Assembly (NCBI GenBank): GCA_002495535.1
Contig: DAFX01000038.1
Coordinates: forward strand, 2,439 to 61,713
Direction of reading: 5' to 3'
From: Euryarchaeota archaeon UBA433
GTDB lineage: Archaea > Thermoplasmatota > Poseidoniia > Poseidoniales > Poseidoniaceae
DNA: 59,275 nucleotides
Below the pieces are notes generated by a model that saw nothing but the letters and a program-made list of their open reading frames with translations, did no database searches and was not told the origin of the DNA. The position numbers and the translations under genes are program-made. Positions 55,675-59,275 of this stretch are shown one piece after another. How positions within the stretch are numbered: position 1 is the first letter of the stretch; the number at the start of each line of letters is the position of its first letter.

Positions 55675-57096
55675 ATGTTCACAAAAACCCGCTTCGATTC
55701 ATGGGACCTGCCCACCGCACTTCTGGATGGTCTCGCTGCACTCGAATGGACCCACGCTACACAAGTCCAGAAAGACACGATTCCATTGGCCCGCCGCGGC
55801 CTTGACGTGATTGGACAAGCGCGCACAGGCTCTGGAAAAACCGCAGCGTTTGGTCTACCGATTTTGGAGCGCTGTGAAGCCACCGGCGCCCTTCAAGCGC
55901 TTATTTTGACACCGACGCGTGAACTTGCAAACCAAGTCGCACAGGAACTTATCGAACTTCAAGGCAAAACCGGCCTTTCGATTCAAACTGTCTATGGTGG
56001 CACAGATCTCGAAAAGCAAGCCAGGTCCCTTGGCGATGGTGTTGACATCATTGTTGGAACTCCGGGACGAGTCATGGACATGAGCGAACGTGGCCATATT
56101 GACTTGGCAGCCCCCTCACTCTTTTGCCTTGATGAAGCAGACCGTATGCTCGACATGGGGTTCTTCCCAGATATCATGTGGGTGATGGAACGCATGACTG
56201 GTCGAGCACAAACGCTTCTTTTCTCTGCGACCTTCCCACAAGAAATCATTGACACTGCAAATGAATTCATGAACGAGCCAGAATTTGTGCTCACCAACAC
56301 CGAAGAATTGGATATCCCTCCTATTGACATGTACAGCGTTCGCATTGGCCGAGCGAACAAATTGTGGGTGCTTGGGCGACTTCTTTCTGGCATGAGCGAT
56401 GAAGATCAAACCATCATTTTCTGCAACACCAAACGCATGGTTGATTTGGCAGTTCAACGTTTGACCAAACACGGGTTTTCTGTCGAGGGGCTCCACGGCG
56501 ACTTAAGCCAAAACCAGCGTGAGAAAATCTTGAAGCGCTACAAGGCTGAAGAAATCAAAACTATTGTAGCAACAGATGTCGCAGCGCGTGGCATTGACGT
56601 TGACGGAATCACTTTGGTTGTGAATTACGACTTGCCTGTTGACCTTGATTCATTTGTTCACCGCGTCGGTCGAACCGGCCGAATTGGGCGAAAGGGAGAG
56701 GCATGGAGTTTAGTTTCTCGAGACGATGCACCTCAACTTTCCAAAATTATGGCCACCTACGGCTTGGACATTATTGAATCAGAAGTCCCTGAACTTCCAG
56801 AAGGTGTCGACCGAGATCCAGTCAAGCGACAGGATGACTTCGGTGAGACTGCTGACGTGTTCGGGTTTGTGACACTGGAGTTGAACATTAATCCAGATGC
56901 AGCAGGCTCGTCTAGAAAGGTGTCTCAGTGGTTTACCGATGCGCTCAAGTGCAATGAAATGGCAATCGGCGATGTTCACTTTGACAACAATTCAACCTTC
57001 ATCAGCATTCACACCAGCAAAGTTGGTTTGGCTATGAAGGCCTTGCAAAAGAAGGAAATGGCCGGTCAAATGGTCGTTGGAACCATCGTAGAGTGA
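55675..57096 (+). CDS. DEAD-box ATP-dependent RNA helicase with DbpA/DeaD-type C-terminal RNA-binding domain
   Basis: Q motif, GQARTGSGKTAAF, PTRELA, DEAD, SAT, ATDVAARGID, HRVGRTGR. The C-terminal FVTLELNI...IGDVHFDNNSTFISIH resembles the DbpA RBD. Confidence 0.9.
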   Translation: MFTKTRFDSWDLPTALLDGLAALEWTHATQVQKDTIPLARRGLDVIGQARTGSGKTAAFGLPILERCEATGALQALILTPTRELANQVAQELIELQGKTGLSIQTVYGGTDLEKQARSLGDGVDIIVGTPGRVMDMSERGHIDLAAPSLFCLDEADRMLDMGFFPDIMWVMERMTGRAQTLLFSATFPQEIIDTANEFMNEPEFVLTNTEELDIPPIDMYSVRIGRANKLWVLGRLLSGMSDEDQTIIFCNTKRMVDLAVQRLTKHGFSVEGLHGDLSQNQREKILKRYKAEEIKTIVATDVAARGIDVDGITLVVNYDLPVDLDSFVHRVGRTGRIGRKGEAWSLVSRDDAPQLSKIMATYGLDIIESEVPELPEGVDRDPVKRQDDFGETADVFGFVTLELNINPDAAGSSRKVSQWFTDALKCNEMAIGDVHFDNNSTFISIHTSKVGLAMKALQKKEMAGQMVVGTIVE

Positions 57097-57097
57097 A

Positions 57098-58156
57098 TCA
57101 CTCTTCTTCTGTTCGATTCTTCCATGAGCCCTTTTTCGAAGATGCATGGCGTGATGTTGGAACTTTAACTTCAACCGTGATTGGTTCTGATTCTTTGGTG
57201 TTGGATGGCCAGCGTCCGTCCTCATCGGGTCGCTGAACCTGCACAGAACCGATGGATCCAGCAACGAGGCCGAGGGCAGTAAGGGACCAAGCATACCCAA
57301 TGGCATCGTCCCAGCGGTTTTGGGCTTGGCCACATTCAGAAGTGATCAGGTTGTACTGGTTGCATATGTCAAGGGTCCCCTTTGCATCCATCGCCTCTTC
57401 ATTGCTTGTGATGTTGAAGGCAGCTGCTGCCACCAACACGACTGCAAACGCCAAGATTGCAAAGTGGAGTGGCTTCCATTCCTTTCGGAACGCAAGACGC
57501 CATTCATCAGGCTCTCCATACGCTGCGTCAAGGGTTCGTGCTGGGCCACCAACTCGCCAAAACCATACCAACCACATGGTGATGAGGACGATCATAAAGC
57601 CCCACTTATAGACGAAAGTGTGCCAATTCCACATCCCTGTCAAGCATGCCGCATTGTTTGGATCAGCCAGGCAGTCTTCCATAGCAATGGGGTAAAACAT
57701 GACCAGACGGAAAAGGTTGAGGATGTAGATAATCACGCACATGACCACAATCGAGCGGATTTTCAATTTTTGAGGTACGCCTTCGGTCATGGCCACGAGC
57801 GTCGAGAGGAAGATCATCTCGTGAACCCCCGCGCACTCATCCGAAACGTAGAGGGCAATATGGTCGAAGGTGCCAGGAAAGGCCACGTGGTTGAGTTCAA
57901 TCCTCGTCATCCAACCGTTATGTGTTCCAAGTGTTGAGGCTCCTTCTCCGTACAAGAAGTTGGTCAACTCGTTCCAGAGCCAAGCTTCCGAAACCTGAAT
58001 CGGTGCAAGAGTGTCCGACGGCATGGTCAAAAACCAATAAAACGCCTCTACGCAGATCAAAGCAAGAGGGATTCGAGCATAGCGCAAGCCAAGTTGAGCA
58101 ACCTCAGACCAATCCAAATCGTCGGGGTTTTGCGACGAAGTGGCGGTGGACACCAT
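57098..58156 (-). CDS. Exosortase/archaeosortase-family (EpsH-like) membrane protein, divergent
   Basis: Trimmed to Met33. The Cys motif VSDECAGVHEM is followed about 40 aa later by YILNLFRLV (N..R), then about 29 aa later by WNWHTFVYKWG (His). All lie in hydrophobic helices, matching the sortase-like Cys/Arg/His spacing as I remember it. Confidence 0.55.
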   Translation of the reverse strand: MVSTATSSQNPDDLDWSEVAQLGLRYARIPLALICVEAFYWFLTMPSDTLAPIQVSEAWLWNELTNFLYGEGASTLGTHNGWMTRIELNHVAFPGTFDHIALYVSDECAGVHEMIFLSTLVAMTEGVPQKLKIRSIVVMCVIIYILNLFRLVMFYPIAMEDCLADPNNAACLTGMWNWHTFVYKWGFMIVLITMWLVWFWRVGGPARTLDAAYGEPDEWRLAFRKEWKPLHFAILAFAVVLVAAAAFNITSNEEAMDAKGTLDICNQYNLITSECGQAQNRWDDAIGYAWSLTALGLVAGSIGSVQVQRPDEDGRWPSNTKESEPITVEVKVPTSRHASSKKGSWKNRTEEE

Positions 58157-58236
58157 GTGATTGGGTAGATGGCCTACCACATCAACTTGCGGGAGAAACA
58201 AGACAAACACGCAGTTGTCTGAAGGCGATTGTGTAG

Positions 58237-58548
58237 ATGTCGGATGGAGCATTTCATACCGATGAACGGACAGGCGTGGGTGTGGTGGAAGTGATGCATT
58301 TGGGCGACGCTAACCCCGTCCAGCCAACACACAGGCTCAATGTGATTGGCTTTTTTTGCCCCATACCAGTTTCTGAAGCAAAGAAAGCACTGGCTACAAT
58401 GGACCAAGGTGAAGTGTTGGAATTGTGGGCCGATGATCCAGAAACACTGCACGATTTGCCAATGCTTCTCCAGCGCTCCTCCCACAAATTACTTTCTATA
58501 GAAGAAAATGCTGGTGAGTATAGGTTCCTCATGGAGGTGGCTCAATGA
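58237..58548 (+). CDS. tusA: TusA/SirA-family sulfur-carrier protein
   Basis: [42 protein letters not shown] carries the CPxP motif. The start is uncertain, and Met20 at 58294 is possible. Confidence 0.7.
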   Translation: MSDGAFHTDERTGVGVVEVMHLGDANPVQPTHRLNVIGFFCPIPVSEAKKALATMDQGEVLELWADDPETLHDLPMLLQRSSHKLLSIEENAGEYRFLMEVAQ

Positions 58549-59189
58549 CGCCCCCCGTTGTCGAACGCAACGCTATTCCAAGCGAAGCAAAACTCCCAAC
58601 AATACGCGGGGAATTCAACATACGAATTTTCCATGAAGCCGAAACTGGCCATGATCATGTCGCATTGACTCTAGGAGACATGTCGGGCCCTGACCCCGTC
58701 CTCGTTCGATTGCATTCTGAGTGTTTGACCGGCGATGCGTTTGGGAGCACACGCTGCGACTGTGGGCCACAATTGCAAGCTGCAATGGATGCAGTTGTCG
58801 AGCGTGGCTATGGTTGCATCCTCTACCTTCGACAGGAAGGAAGAGGCATCGGCCTTCACGCAAAGATACAGGCCTACCATCTCCAAGATCAAGGTGCAGA
58901 TACCTTGGATGCAAACCTCATGCTCGGATTGCCAGGCGACGGGAGGGATTACAAAATCGCAGCTTCTATGCTCGAAGCATTGGGTATTCCAAGCATCGAA
59001 TTGCTTTCTAACAACCCCGATAAAGCCGAACAACTGATCGAATACGGCATCGAGGTCGCATCACGAACTCAACTCGTGGTCGGTGTCGGGCGGCAAAACC
59101 GCTTCTACCTTGAAACGAAGGTGGACCGTATGGGCCACACCATCGATGCAAACGACCTTTCCGAGGACAGGCTTGACCCAGAGGAATGA
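58545..59189 (+). CDS. ribA: GTP cyclohydrolase II
   Basis: [44 protein letters not shown] lies upstream, and the ATGA overlaps the tusA stop. Confidence 0.9.
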   Translation: MTPPVVERNAIPSEAKLPTIRGEFNIRIFHEAETGHDHVALTLGDMSGPDPVLVRLHSECLTGDAFGSTRCDCGPQLQAAMDAVVERGYGCILYLRQEGRGIGLHAKIQAYHLQDQGADTLDANLMLGLPGDGRDYKIAASMLEALGIPSIELLSNNPDKAEQLIEYGIEVASRTQLVVGVGRQNRFYLETKVDRMGHTIDANDLSEDRLDPEE

Positions 59190-59193
59190 AGAG

Positions 59194-59266
59194 GGCCGTG
59201 ACCGAGAATCGAACTCGGGCTGGCAGAACCACAATCTGCCGTGCTAACCCCTACACCATCACAGCC
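59194..59266 (-). tRNA. tRNA-His (anticodon GUG) with genome-encoded G-1, no encoded CCA
   Basis: The reverse complement folds by hand: G(-1)+GCTGTGA/TCACGGC+C73, D-stem GTGT/GCAC, anticodon stem GCAGA/TCTGC with loop TTGTGGT, T-arm CCGAG-TTCGATT-CTCGG. The 3' flank reads CTC. Confidence 0.9.
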
Positions 59267-59275
59267 ATGAGAGGT

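Noticed and set aside
1-59275. Scan for CRISPR arrays, rRNA genes, transposases/integrases, prophage or toxin-antitoxin/defence cassettes.
   Set aside because: I found no regularly spaced direct repeats, no rRNA-like conserved blocks, and no ORFs with transposase, integrase, nuclease-helicase defence or TA signatures. The only tandem repeat seen is the coding 15-bp array in rps3ae.

Overview
This is a gene-dense chromosomal segment from an archaeon. The archaeal assignment rests on ribosomal protein S3Ae, aEF-1beta, RNA polymerase subunit L, proteasome beta, the KH/beta-CASP factor aCPSF1, SepF, ZPR1, a type-A-like RNase P RNA and a tRNA-His with encoded G-1. Many bacterial-type genes sit alongside these: PlsC, ThyA/FolA, NiSOD+SodX, VKOR, RlmE and a DEAD/DbpA helicase. 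That mix fits a marine planktonic euryarchaeote (Marine Group II / Poseidoniales-like), but this is my inference only because no search was run. I call about 60 CDS, three tRNAs (Pro-UGG, Lys-CUU, His-GUG) and one RNase P RNA. The RNase P RNA is hidden under a spurious ORF, and a 55-aa Zn-ribbon gene is missing from the ORF track. I saw no CRISPR array, rRNA, transposase or integrase. The best candidate for an undescribed system is a duplicated, mirror-image module. In each copy a giant secreted protein (1683 aa and 1532 aa), ending in a CARDB-like domain, one TM helix and a cytoplasmic tail, lies convergent to a 12-TM COG1033/MMPL-type RND exporter, with GT2, DUF2240-like and HEAT-repeat neighbours. 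Other notable items are an exosortase/archaeosortase-like protein with no canonical substrate in view, a VKOR-centred extracytoplasmic disulfide-bond island, a pyruvoyl arginine decarboxylase homologue lacking the self-cleavage serines, an S3Ae fused to a SAP-like motif, and a TrpRS with a roughly 95-aa insertion. All functional calls come from motif recognition by eye. Start codons are often uncertain.
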